64,000 nt of DNA from an uncultured Sutterella sp. (GCA_905206345.1 CAJLGW010000001.1:27670-91669), one strand, 5' to 3'. Shown: positions 1 through 9,115, counted from the stretch's first letter. The notes: generated by a model from the letters alone, not told the origin. Translations and numbers: made by a program.

Positions 1-1089
1 AATCACGGCTTCGCCCTTAGCGGATTCGACACCACGGAACTTCGTGAAGTTCACCGTCATGTCAGTATTCACGCGGATATTCTTCGTGATTGCCCAAGTA
101 AGGCCACCTTGAACTACGGGGTTGATGCTTTCATCTTCGTAGTCCACGGTCTTACTTTCAAGCTTGGAGTAAGCCACACCGGCGCCCGTGTGCAAACGAA
201 CGCTGTTGGCCACTTCCCAGTGGTATTGCATCAAGAGGTTCGTATTGGAGAGCTTAAACTCTTCAGCCACCTTACCACCGGCTTCAATGTAGTGTTCGCT
301 CTTTTGGTGGCTCAAATCAAGTGCCCAGTGACGATCCAAGAAGTAACGCACACCAAACTTATAACCAGCATCAGACGTCATGGTCAAGTTACCGATGTCA
401 CCGTCACCAGAAGAGAGGTCGGTCTTAACCCAAGAGCCTTGTGCATAGAATTCGGTATTGGCTTCCCACGGGTTGCCTGCTGGCAACGGGTTCATGCGAC
501 GCATACGATCTTCAATTTCAATACGAGAGAAGAAGAAGAAGACGTTGCTGCCTGGGATATACGTACCATAGAGGTTGAACCAATCCGTGCCCACGCTCAC
601 GATGGGGAGCGGCACCGGAATCGGCAACCAGTTATAGTCCTCACGGAACGTGACACCAGCCGTGTAACCAGCACCTAAATGGAAACCGGATTGAGCGATC
701 GGGAAGCGTGCAACCCATGCGTAACCGAGAATGGGCTCGGGTTCGTAGTGGGAGTCACGGAACAACATGATGTAGGCTAAACGTTCGTTGCCACGTTCGT
801 CAATGATGCTACGAGAGATACCGGCACCGAAAGGATAGGCATTTTCTTCATTGCGATTATCGTAGTCCCAGCGCGGGTGGTTCGTGTAGGTCGGAAGCAA
901 CAAACTTGTTGAACCGGTTTCGATAATGTGGTGCATACCATTGATTTGGTTGCCAACAAAACCCGCATCCGGATACGGAGAGGTTGCGCCCGGCAACGTT
1001 TCAAGGAATCCGTCCCAAAGACCGGCCTGGGCGGAAACTCCGGCTAAAGATAACGTGGTTGCTAATGCAATTTTTTTAAGATTCAGCAC
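1..1089 (-). CDS. pagP: Outer-membrane protein: signal peptide, PagP lipid A acyltransferase domain, then a second OmpW/OmpA-like beta-barrel (3' end outside window)
   Basis: Manual translation from GTG at 1089 (AAGGGG RBS upstream) is open to the window edge. Signal peptide MLNLKKIALATTLSLAGVSAQA. PagP motifs LLPTYTNHPRWDY, FRDSHYEPEPILGYAW, FHLGAGYTAGVTFRED, PIPVPLPIVSVG, TYIPG. About 150 aa of alternating beta-strand pattern follow. Confidence 0.88.
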   Translation of the reverse strand, partial: MLNLKKIALATTLSLAGVSAQAGLWDGFLETLPGATSPYPDAGFVGNQINGMHHIIETGSTSLLLPTYTNHPRWDYDNRNEENAYPFGAGISRSIIDERGNERLAYIMLFRDSHYEPEPILGYAWVARFPIAQSGFHLGAGYTAGVTFREDYNWLPIPVPLPIVSVGTDWFNLYGTYIPGSNVFFFFSRIEIEDRMRRMNPLPAGNPWEANTEFYAQGSWVKTDLSSGDGDIGNLTMTSDAGYKFGVRYFLDRHWALDLSHQKSEHYIEAGGKVAEEFKLSNTNLLMQYHWEVANSVRLHTGAGVAYSKLESKTVDYEDESINPVVQGGLTWAITKNIRVNTDMTVNFTKFRGVESAKGEAVI

Positions 1090-1219
1090 ATCGGCCCCTT
1101 GTGGAATTCGATCGTTTAATTCTAAAAAATGTCCAATTATTTCAGCTTTTTACGATATCGTCCATAGTTTTTTTGTAAACCATGAGAAAAAGATGGAAAA
1201 CTCCCGTACAATCACGCTC

Positions 1220-1528
1220 GGACAAAGTTTGTCACGACGATCGCGGGAATTTATTTCACGAGGAAAGTCCGGACTCCACAGAGCACCGTAGCAGTTAACG
1301 ACTGCCTGCCGTAAGGCACGGATTAGAGCAACAGAGACGAGCCGACGTTAGGGTCGGGTGAAACGGGCAATCTCTACGGGGAGCAACATCAAATAGGCAA
1401 CCGACGAACCTGCTCGGTGAGGTTGCGGGTAGATGGCTTGAGACGTGGCGTGAGTCACGTTCTAGATGAATGATTGTCGGCTAAGGGCAACCTTAGAACA
1501 GAATCCGGCTTATCGACGAACTTTGTCC
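1220..1528 (+). ncRNA. rnpB: RNase P RNA, class A
   Basis: Conserved GAGGAAAGTCCGGACTCC, GCAACAGA, GGTGAAAC, GGAGCAA and AACAGAATCCGGCTTA. The 5' end GGACAAAGTT pairs with the 3' end AACTTTGTCC. TACAAT -10 at 1207. Confidence 0.97.
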
Positions 1529-1556
1529 CTTCTTTTCTTCTATGGCTCTTCGCCAA

Positions 1557-1586
1557 CGAAAAACCGGTGCACGTTGGCACCGGTTC
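1557..1586 (-). terminator. Intrinsic terminator of the feo operon (convergent with rnpB)
   Basis: AACCGGTGC-acgttg-GCACCGGTT hairpin with a U-run on the minus strand. Confidence 0.7.
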
Positions 1587-1607
1587 TCTTCTCAGAATTT
1601 TTCTGCG

Positions 1608-3950
1608 TTACTCTTTGATGGCCATGATCGGAATCACACGTTTGGTGACCTTCTTTTGATCATCTTTTTTGGCCATGGCTTTCATCCAAAGAACCATCAA
1701 TGCCAAAATGGTGAGGCTCAAACCGATGCAAATACTGGCGTAAAGAGGATTGGCCGCGAAGTTAACTGTTTGGTAGAAAATCGTCGCAGCGCTATAGCCT
1801 AAAGCCGTTGTCCAAGCCACGGTAAAGACCGTCCAACGACCGCCCACTTCACGATAAATTGCACCGACTGCCGCCACGCACGGAACGTAGAGCAATACCA
1901 TCAAAAGGTAAGCAAACGCAGCCGAAGCAGAACCGAAAAGCGTTTGAATGGTCGCGATCGTGCCCAAGGAAACGCCTTGGCTTTCGGCGGCTTCTTCTTG
2001 GTTGGTCAAGTCATCGACGTGCAAACCCATTGGATCGGTAAAGGCAGAGGCAAGGCCGGCGAAGTTGTCGCGTACAGCCGCCAAAGCTTCACCAGTGACT
2101 TCCGTAAGTGAGAAGGCAGAGTCTTCTTCTTCGTCAGTCGTTTGAGCATGTTCGTTGGCGCTTAACGTGTCGTAGAGCGAATTCAACGTACCAACAACAG
2201 CTTCCTTAGCAAAAATCCCCGTAAAGACACCAACGGCTGCAGGCCAGTTTTCTTTTTCAACGCCCATAGGTTCGAAAATCGGAACAATGGTCTGACCGAT
2301 TTGCGACAAGACAGAGTTTTCGCTGTCTTCGTTGCCGAACGAACCATCGGTACCCAAAGAGTTCAAGAACGTCAAGCAAGCCACAATCACAACGATCACG
2401 CGACCGGCACGGAACATGAAGGACTTCACGCGATCCCACGTTCTTAACATCACGTTTTTAAAGCTCGGAATGTGATAGGGCGGGATTTCCATCACGAAGG
2501 CGCTTGCGGCACCCGGTAAAGCGGTGCGTTTAAGTAAAAAGCCCGTGAGGATGGCGGCAAAAATCCCGATGATGTAGAGCAAGAAAACCAAATTTTGACC
2601 GTTTGTCGGGAAGAAGGCTGTTGCAAACAAAACATAAACCGGTAAACGAGCACCACAACTCATAAACGGAGCCATCATCGTCGTGATGATACGATCGCTC
2701 GTTCGATCCATCGTTCGAGTTGCCATGATGGCTGGAACGTTACAGCCAAAGCCGACAATCAACGGAACAAAGGCTTTACCTGGCAAACCCAAGTAACGCA
2801 TCAAACGGTCCATCACAAAGGCGGCACGAGCCATGTAACCCGATTCTTCCAAAATAGCCAAAAAGAAGAACATGAAGAAGATGACAGGGATAAAAGTGGA
2901 AATCGTTTGCATACCGCCACCGATACCGTTAGCGATAAAGACCGTTAACCACTCAGGTGTGCCCATTTGAGTGAGCCACTGACCCAACCCGTCAACCAAA
3001 ATGCCTCCCACCAAGATATCGAAGAAGTCGATAAAGACTGCACCGAGATTTTGCGTGAAGAGGAACATCACGTACATGATCAACAAAAAGATGGGAAGAC
3101 CCAACCAACGGTGAAGCACGATGCTATCGATGCGGTCAGTTAAGGTCGCAAGCATTTCATTTTGACGCGTAACGGCGTGAGCCATGACTTCAGAAATGAA
3201 ACCGTATCGGGCGTTTGCAATTTCGATATCAAGATTGCCATCAAAGGCTTGATTGGTTGCATTGACAATGGTGTCAATGCGAGCGATTGTATCGGCATCA
3301 AAACGTTCCGTGAGTCCAGGGGCTTGCTCTAAAAATTGTGTGGCAAACCAGGCGCCATTGGGATTTTTTTCCGTGATGATAGCGGTAACGGAATCAATGG
3401 CTTTTTGAATTTTTTCTTCAAAGTGAACGTTAGAACTCGGGGTGACAGGAGCCGCTAAGAAATCAATCAATCGATTCTTAAGTTCTTGCAAACCCTTTTG
3501 GCGGGAAGCAACAAGACCGATCACAGGAACGCCCAATTGAGCTTCTAATGCCTCAAGATCCACACTGATGTGGTGTTGGCGAGCAACGTCAAGCATATTG
3601 ACCACAACAACCATCGGAATCTTTAATTCGAGCAATTGCGTGGTGAGATAAAGATTTCGTTCTAAGTTGGCAGCATCAACGATATTAATGATGAGCTCGC
3701 TCTCGCCAGACACTAAATAGTCGCGAGCAACGATTTCATCTTCGCCGGCGACAGAACTCGGCGTCAAAGAATAGATGCCGGGAAGGTCAACGACATCAAA
3801 GTCGATCCCACGGTAAGAGAAGGCGCCCGTTTTTTTATCAACGGTGACGCCTGCCCAGTTGCCCACTCGTTGATTGGAACCGGTTAAAGCATTAAAGAGA
3901 GTCGTTTTCCCGCAATTGGGATTGCCAATAAGGCTAATAATGTGTTTCAT
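1608..3950 (-). CDS. feoB: Ferrous iron transporter FeoB
   Basis: GNPNCGKT P-loop, VGNWAGVTV, DLPGIYSL, GFGCNVPA and PFMSCGARLP motifs; multiple TM segments. Confidence 0.97.
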   Translation of the reverse strand: MKHIISLIGNPNCGKTTLFNALTGSNQRVGNWAGVTVDKKTGAFSYRGIDFDVVDLPGIYSLTPSSVAGEDEIVARDYLVSGESELIINIVDAANLERNLYLTTQLLELKIPMVVVVNMLDVARQHHISVDLEALEAQLGVPVIGLVASRQKGLQELKNRLIDFLAAPVTPSSNVHFEEKIQKAIDSVTAIITEKNPNGAWFATQFLEQAPGLTERFDADTIARIDTIVNATNQAFDGNLDIEIANARYGFISEVMAHAVTRQNEMLATLTDRIDSIVLHRWLGLPIFLLIMYVMFLFTQNLGAVFIDFFDILVGGILVDGLGQWLTQMGTPEWLTVFIANGIGGGMQTISTFIPVIFFMFFFLAILEESGYMARAAFVMDRLMRYLGLPGKAFVPLIVGFGCNVPAIMATRTMDRTSDRIITTMMAPFMSCGARLPVYVLFATAFFPTNGQNLVFLLYIIGIFAAILTGFLLKRTALPGAASAFVMEIPPYHIPSFKNVMLRTWDRVKSFMFRAGRVIVVIVACLTFLNSLGTDGSFGNEDSENSVLSQIGQTIVPIFEPMGVEKENWPAAVGVFTGIFAKEAVVGTLNSLYDTLSANEHAQTTDEEEDSAFSLTEVTGEALAAVRDNFAGLASAFTDPMGLHVDDLTNQEEAAESQGVSLGTIATIQTLFGSASAAFAYLLMVLLYVPCVAAVGAIYREVGGRWTVFTVAWTTALGYSAATIFYQTVNFAANPLYASICIGLSLTILALMVLWMKAMAKKDDQKKVTKRVIPIMAIKE

Positions 3951-3967
3951 GGTGGAACGGGAGAAAA

Positions 3968-4198
3968 TTAGGAAATCGGGGAGAGTTCAAGTATTTCAAT
4001 TTCGTCTTTGCGAACGGAAATCAAACCGCCACGCACGCGAATTTCAATTGGGTCGCCCAAGGGGGCAATGCGAACAACTTCCAACTGTGCACCCGGAGTG
4101 GCACCTAACATCATCAAGCGACGTCGGTACTCGGGAGAGCATTGGTGAAAGGCTTCAATTTTCGCTTTGGAGCCAACAGGCAGTTCGTTTAACAACAT
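3968..4198 (-). CDS. feoA: FeoA
   Basis: RRLMMLGATPG...APLGDPIEI motif; directly upstream of feoB. Confidence 0.95.
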   Translation of the reverse strand: MLLNELPVGSKAKIEAFHQCSPEYRRRLMMLGATPGAQLEVVRIAPLGDPIEIRVRGGLISVRKDEIEILELSPIS

Positions 4199-4213
4199 GG
4201 GATTAATCCTTTT

Positions 4214-4441
4214 TTACGCAGCAACGTAGACGTTTTGAGCGGTTTGATAGTTAAGACCGATTCGACTATCGCCTACTGCCAACAATAAAGGCGCTCCTTC
4301 ATTAGCTTGAAGGATTTTGACCGTAGCACCACAGCGCAACCCCAGTTGCGTTAAACGAGTTTGTTCGGCCGGGTCTAACTTAAGTCGAACCACGGTGGCG
4401 TTTCGGGATGTGCCCAGTTGGGTTAAAGGTTGGATGTGCAT
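4214..4441 (-). CDS. feoA: FeoA family protein (second copy)
   Basis: RLTQLGLRCGATV...VGDSRIGL FeoA SH3-like pattern. Confidence 0.85.
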   Translation of the reverse strand: MHIQPLTQLGTSRNATVVRLKLDPAEQTRLTQLGLRCGATVKILQANEGAPLLLAVGDSRIGLNYQTAQNVYVAA

Positions 4442-4477
4442 AGTTGATAATCAAAAGGGTATTCAATTGCCCAAAAT

Positions 4478-4496
4478 GTTATTGAGAATCGTTATC
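4478..4496. promoter_or_regulatory. Fur box, proximal to feoA
   Basis: GTTATTGAGAATCGTTATC matches the GATAATGATAATCATTATC consensus at 15 of 19 positions. Confidence 0.75.
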
Positions 4497-4641
4497 AAAT
4501 GCAATAGAAGATATCTATGGTTTTTCTCAATCTAATGGAAAATGATTAAATGGATCAAAATTGAATAAATTTAAAACTGTTATATAAATCAATTACATAC
4601 AAAATTTGTCTTTAACCGCTTACTAATCAAAATGACATGTG

Positions 4642-4660
4642 ATTGATAATGATTATCAAT
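4642..4660. promoter_or_regulatory. Fur box, distal
   Basis: Perfect palindrome ATTGATAAT-G-ATTATCAAT containing the 7-1-7 motif TGATAATnATTATCA. Confidence 0.8.
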
Positions 4661-4684
4661 AGAAACTATTGACTATTTAAATAG

Positions 4685-4714
4685 AAAAGCCACTTGTTTT
4701 GCAACAAGTGGCTT
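4685..4714 (-). terminator. Intrinsic terminator of mscS
   Basis: AAGCCACTTGTT-ttgc-AACAAGTGGCTT hairpin. Confidence 0.7.
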
Positions 4715-4737
4715 GGAGTCAGGTGACTGACTAATAA

Positions 4738-6117
4738 TTAAGACGTTTGGGTCTTTGTATCGTTTTCTGCGTGCTTGACGTTTAATTCGCCCGTCAAACG
4801 CAAATCTCGGATTTGGTACGGAATCGAGATGTTGGCCTCAGCAAAACGAATAAGAATTTGTCGCATGATGTTGGACTTCAATAAGCCGGTTCCGTTATCA
4901 GGATCTTCAACCCAGAAATTCACACGCAAATCAATGCCGTCAGCGCCAAAATTGGTCACAATGGCGCTTGGCGTACGAGTGGAGACCAAGCGGGGTTGGG
5001 AGCTCACGATATCGACCATGATGGCCAAGGCTTTTTCAACGTCTGCGCTGTAGTCAATACTGACATCAACAGAGGTCACCAAAGAGCGTTCCGTGAGAGA
5101 GAAGTTCTTGACCTTTTCGCTCACGAAACTTTCATTCGGGATAATCATTTCTTCGCCGCGTAAGTTGCGAACAACAGAGTAGCGAGTGTTGATTTGCGTC
5201 ACTTTGCCGCTAAAGCCATTGACTTCAATCATGTCGCCAATATTGATTGAGTGGTCAAACAAGATAATAAAGCCCGAGACATAGTTAGAGGCAATCTTTT
5301 GTAAGCCAAAGCCCAAGCCCACGCCAACGGCACCACCGAAGATGGAGAGAACGGTTAAGTCAATACCGGCAGACGATAAGGCAATCAAAATCGCAATGGT
5401 AAAAAGGCCCACACGCAAAATACGCGCAAGAACAATTTTGAGATTGTCATTGATGTCTTTGGCGTGTTGAATGCTAAGTTCTAATTGTTTGCTTAACCAA
5501 TTAGCAATGGCTACCGCCAACAAAACGGTCAAGATACCGACCAAGAGCGTCCAAAGCGTAAATTTGCCACTTCCAATCGGTAAGGCAATGCTTTGCATTT
5601 CTTCCACGATGTGGGAGAGGATGCCAAAGAAGTCCAAGACCGCCAAGCTCCAGAACGTGGTGTAGATCAACCGCTTAACTTTGGGCGGCATACGGTCATC
5701 AAAGAGAATGACCAAAAATTCAACAGCAATGACGAAAATGGCCCAAGCGTACAAGAGTCGGTAGGCAAGGATCATTGCATAGAGTTTGGCATTAGGATCC
5801 AAGAACCCCAATTCTTTCATAATATACGTGATGATGAAAAGAACGAGGCCACTGAAAACAGAGAAGGTCACACGTTGCGTCAAAGTTAACAAGAAGTGAA
5901 CGCAACGGTGGGTAATCGCAGGACTCTTCCAACGAATGTTAATAATTTTCAAAGTCGTATTAATACGACGAGCAAGAATCCAGCCTAAAAGGACAGCAAC
6001 AATAATCGATGCCACTTGAATCCAAAAAGGCATGTTGGTTAGGCTGATTTGAGAAAGGGTTTGCTCAATCAGTGCATTGTGATCAGCAACGATCGCTTCG
6101 GGGTTTTGGGATTGCAT
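4738..6117 (-). CDS. Mechanosensitive channel, MscS family
   Basis: GGAVGVGLGFGLQKIASNYVSG and IIPNE motifs; extra N-terminal TM segments. Confidence 0.92.
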   Translation of the reverse strand: MQSQNPEAIVADHNALIEQTLSQISLTNMPFWIQVASIIVAVLLGWILARRINTTLKIINIRWKSPAITHRCVHFLLTLTQRVTFSVFSGLVLFIITYIMKELGFLDPNAKLYAMILAYRLLYAWAIFVIAVEFLVILFDDRMPPKVKRLIYTTFWSLAVLDFFGILSHIVEEMQSIALPIGSGKFTLWTLLVGILTVLLAVAIANWLSKQLELSIQHAKDINDNLKIVLARILRVGLFTIAILIALSSAGIDLTVLSIFGGAVGVGLGFGLQKIASNYVSGFIILFDHSINIGDMIEVNGFSGKVTQINTRYSVVRNLRGEEMIIPNESFVSEKVKNFSLTERSLVTSVDVSIDYSADVEKALAIMVDIVSSQPRLVSTRTPSAIVTNFGADGIDLRVNFWVEDPDNGTGLLKSNIMRQILIRFAEANISIPYQIRDLRLTGELNVKHAENDTKTQTS

Positions 6118-6303
6118 AAAGAAAATCAATCAGTTAATGGTTATTTTCCCCATTGTACTGTTGGAGATAAGGCTGTGCAAAAAGAATGTATCAAGGTGTT
6201 TAATGTTGAGCCCAAACATCATCCGAAAGGACAAGCCAAAAACGCCTATTAACCTGTATTATCAACACATAACTTTTAGATAACCGCATAAGAGGTTTTG
6301 CCA

Positions 6304-8427
6304 ATGACTCAATTAGACAAGATCATGAAACCCCGTGCCATCGCTGTGGTGGGTGCTTCCACTAAGCCCCACACGATTGGCTCAGACATCATGAAACGCC
6401 TTCAGGAATACGGTTTTACGGGTGATATTTACCCGGTTAACCCCAAGGGCGGCATCATCGAAGGCTTGCAAGCTTATCCGTCCGTGTTGGATATTCCCGG
6501 TGAAGTCGATCTTGCAATCATTGTTGTAAACGCCAAATTTGTGTTGCAAACGATTGACCAATGTCATGAAAAGGGCATTGGCGGTTTGTGCGTTATCTCA
6601 GCTGGCTTTAAAGAAACGGGCCACGAAGGGATGGAACTTGAACAGGCTTTATTAAAGAAGGTGCGTGATTACGGCATGCGATGTGTCGGCCCTAACTGCT
6701 TGGGTGTTGTTAATACTCATCCCTCCGTTCGTATGGACGGTTGCTTTGCTGAAAGTTTGCCCCAACGTGGTGACATCGGCTTTGTTTCTCAATCCGGCGC
6801 ATTGGGCGGCGGGATTCTCAATATTTTGAAGGATCTCAATCTCGGTTTTGCTCAATTCATTTCCATTGGTAATCAAGCGGATGTTAACGCTGAAACGGCC
6901 ATGGAATATTGGGAAAACGATGAAGACGTAAAGCAAATTTTGCTTTACATGGAATCCATTCAAAACCCTGCTAATTTCCGTCAATTGGCAACGCGTATTT
7001 CTAAGAAAAAGCCGATTTTGGCTTTAAAGGCCGGTCGCTCTGCAGCAGGCGCTTCAGCCGCCTCTTCTCATACGGGTTCTTTGGCCGGTGCCGATAAGGC
7101 AGCCAATGCCCTTTTGATGCAATCCGGTGTTATTCGTGAGTACTCGCTTGAGAATTTGTTTGCGACCGCTAAAGTCTTCTCTAATTGCTCGATTCCCAAG
7201 GGTGATCGAGTGGCCATTGTGACCAATTCTGGTGGTCCCGGCATTATGGCAACGGACGCTGTGTGCGAATACGGTATGCAAATGGCGCAATTAACGGAAG
7301 AAACGAAGGCCACTTTGCGCAGTTTCTTGCCGGCCGCAGCTTCCGTTAAAAATCCGGTGGACATGATTGCTTCGGCGCCAATCGAACACTACAAGAAGAC
7401 GTTGGAAACGGTGATTGCCGACGACAATGTCGACATGATCGTTGTCATTTATCTTCCGTTCTTGGGCTTGAAGGACATTGATGTTGCTAAGGCTGTGATG
7501 GAAATTAAGGCCGCCAATCCGCAAAAACCGATCGTGGGCGTTTTCATGACGACGAGTAGCTTCTTTGAGCAATTGTCTGAAATGGACGTTAACGTTCCGT
7601 TCTTTATGTATGCCGAACAAGCTGTAGACGGTTTAAACCGTTTGAACCAACAACGCCTCTGGACGCAAAAGCCCGATGGCGTGACACCTGTTTATGATGT
7701 CAATAAGACGTTAGCTAAGTCGATTATGCAAGCAGCGTTGGATGACGGTCGTGATCAGTTGACGACTCGTGAGAGCATGGACGTTCTTGAGGCTTACGGT
7801 ATCCGCATTTGCCAATCCGGTTTTGCCAAGGATATTGAAGAAGCCGTGGCACTGGCTAACCGTATTGGTTACCCCGTTGTCATGAAGATGACGAGTAAGA
7901 CGACGTCTCACAAGACGGACGTGGGTGGCGTGCGTGTGAATATTCAAAGTGAAGAAGCTTTGCGCGCTGAGTACGCTGATTTGATCGAGAAGTTGCGTGA
8001 ACGCAATCTCTTAGAGGGTCTTGAAGGCGTGATCATTCAAGAAATGGTCAAGGGTAATCGCGAAATGGTTTGTGGTATCGCAACCGATCCGCAATTCGGT
8101 CCCATGATGATGTTTGGTTTGGGTGGCGTCTTTATCGAAGTGATGAAGGATGTGACCTTCCGCATGGCTCCGCTCACGGATCAAGATGCCATGGATATGA
8201 TCACGGGTGTTAAGGCCTACGGTCTTTTGCAAGGCGCTCGTGGTACGACGCCTGCACAAATGCCACAATTGCAAGAGAGCTTATTGCGTTTGTCTCAATT
8301 GGTAGGTGACTTCCCCGCCATCGAAGAGCTCGATATCAATCCGTTGATTATCAGTGAAAAGAATGGTGAAGGCATTGCCGTTGATGGTCGTATCAAACTT
8401 AATATTGAAAAAGCAAAGAATCTTTAA
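6304..8427 (+). CDS. Acetate/acyl-CoA ligase (ADP-forming) family, fused alpha-beta, no GNAT domain
   Basis: AVVGAS, GPNCLG, SQSGA, ASSHTGSLAG, NSGGPG, NPVD and SHKTDVGGV motifs; ATP-grasp C-terminus ending ELDINP. Confidence 0.9.
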   Translation: MTQLDKIMKPRAIAVVGASTKPHTIGSDIMKRLQEYGFTGDIYPVNPKGGIIEGLQAYPSVLDIPGEVDLAIIVVNAKFVLQTIDQCHEKGIGGLCVISAGFKETGHEGMELEQALLKKVRDYGMRCVGPNCLGVVNTHPSVRMDGCFAESLPQRGDIGFVSQSGALGGGILNILKDLNLGFAQFISIGNQADVNAETAMEYWENDEDVKQILLYMESIQNPANFRQLATRISKKKPILALKAGRSAAGASAASSHTGSLAGADKAANALLMQSGVIREYSLENLFATAKVFSNCSIPKGDRVAIVTNSGGPGIMATDAVCEYGMQMAQLTEETKATLRSFLPAAASVKNPVDMIASAPIEHYKKTLETVIADDNVDMIVVIYLPFLGLKDIDVAKAVMEIKAANPQKPIVGVFMTTSSFFEQLSEMDVNVPFFMYAEQAVDGLNRLNQQRLWTQKPDGVTPVYDVNKTLAKSIMQAALDDGRDQLTTRESMDVLEAYGIRICQSGFAKDIEEAVALANRIGYPVVMKMTSKTTSHKTDVGGVRVNIQSEEALRAEYADLIEKLRERNLLEGLEGVIIQEMVKGNREMVCGIATDPQFGPMMMFGLGGVFIEVMKDVTFRMAPLTDQDAMDMITGVKAYGLLQGARGTTPAQMPQLQESLLRLSQLVGDFPAIEELDINPLIISEKNGEGIAVDGRIKLNIEKAKNL

Positions 8428-8453
8428 ATTGTTTCAATATTAATTTACTAATG

Positions 8454-8482
8454 GGGGCAGGTTTTCGAACCTGCTCCTTTTT
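8454..8482 (+). terminator. Intrinsic terminator
   Basis: GGGGCAGGTT-ttcg-AACCTGCTCC followed by TTTTT. Confidence 0.8.
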
Positions 8483-8549
8483 CTTTTGCATAAAAAATAA
8501 GCAAAACAAATTGAATTACAAAAAAAGTTTCTAAATTTAGCAACTTGCC

Positions 8550-8616
8550 TTGACTAACAAGCACTTGCAATATAAATTGAGGTGTAAGAAAGTGGGAAAA
8601 AGTGGGAGTAGGTGCC
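8550..8616 (+). promoter_or_regulatory. dcw promoter with MraZ-binding direct repeats
   Basis: TTGACT-17-TAAATT promoter-like pair; GTG(GG) boxes at 8582, 8592, 8602 and 8612 with 10-nt spacing. Confidence 0.7.
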
Positions 8617-8679
8617 TCAATGTGGATTGGTGCTCCCGATTTTCTGCACCAGAAGGGGAAGTTTTTTCGGGTGAGCCTT

Positions 8680-9108
8680 ATGTTTCAAGGAACGTCGCTC
8701 TTAGTCTTGGATGTCAAAGGACGTCTCTCGTTGCCGGCACGGCATCGCGAGAGCCTTTTGTCGTCTTGTGACGGCGAAGTGACTTTAACATGTCACCCTG
8801 ATGGCTGTGTATTGCTATATCCCCAACCTCAGTGGAAAGAGTTAAGTGAAAAGTTGATGCAACTGCCCTATGCGTTGCGAGCTTTTCAACGTCGACTTTT
8901 AGGTTGTGCCGTGACGGTTAAGGTCGATGCCGCTGGTCGTCTTTTGATTCCCAGCGAATTGCGAACCCTTTGCAGTTTGAATCGCGAAGTGACCTTTGTT
9001 GGTGTTGGTAATCACTTTGAACTTTGGGATCAAGGCCATTACACCGAGTACATGGATCGTGAAATGGCTAAGGGCTTACCGCCTGAATTAGAGTCATTTG
9101 TTTTGTAA
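8680..9108 (+). CDS. mraZ: Division/cell wall cluster repressor MraZ
   Basis: MFQG start, DVKGRL and DAAGRL repeats, GNHFELW; 142 aa. Confidence 0.95.
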   Translation: MFQGTSLLVLDVKGRLSLPARHRESLLSSCDGEVTLTCHPDGCVLLYPQPQWKELSEKLMQLPYALRAFQRRLLGCAVTVKVDAAGRLLIPSELRTLCSLNREVTFVGVGNHFELWDQGHYTEYMDREMAKGLPPELESFVL

Positions 9109-9115
9109 GGAGAGG

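Noticed and set aside
109..678. 189-aa plus-strand ORF
   Set aside because: In-register antisense shadow of the PagP fusion gene; no RBS or recognisable motif.
1090..1200. PhoP box upstream of the pagP-like gene
   Set aside because: Only a single GGTTTA half-site; no direct repeat at the expected spacing.
6205..6255. Riboswitch-like CAAAC...CCGAAAGG segment before the acyl-CoA synthetase
   Set aside because: Only a 3-bp stem around GAAA; the remaining c-di-GMP-I riboswitch elements are absent.
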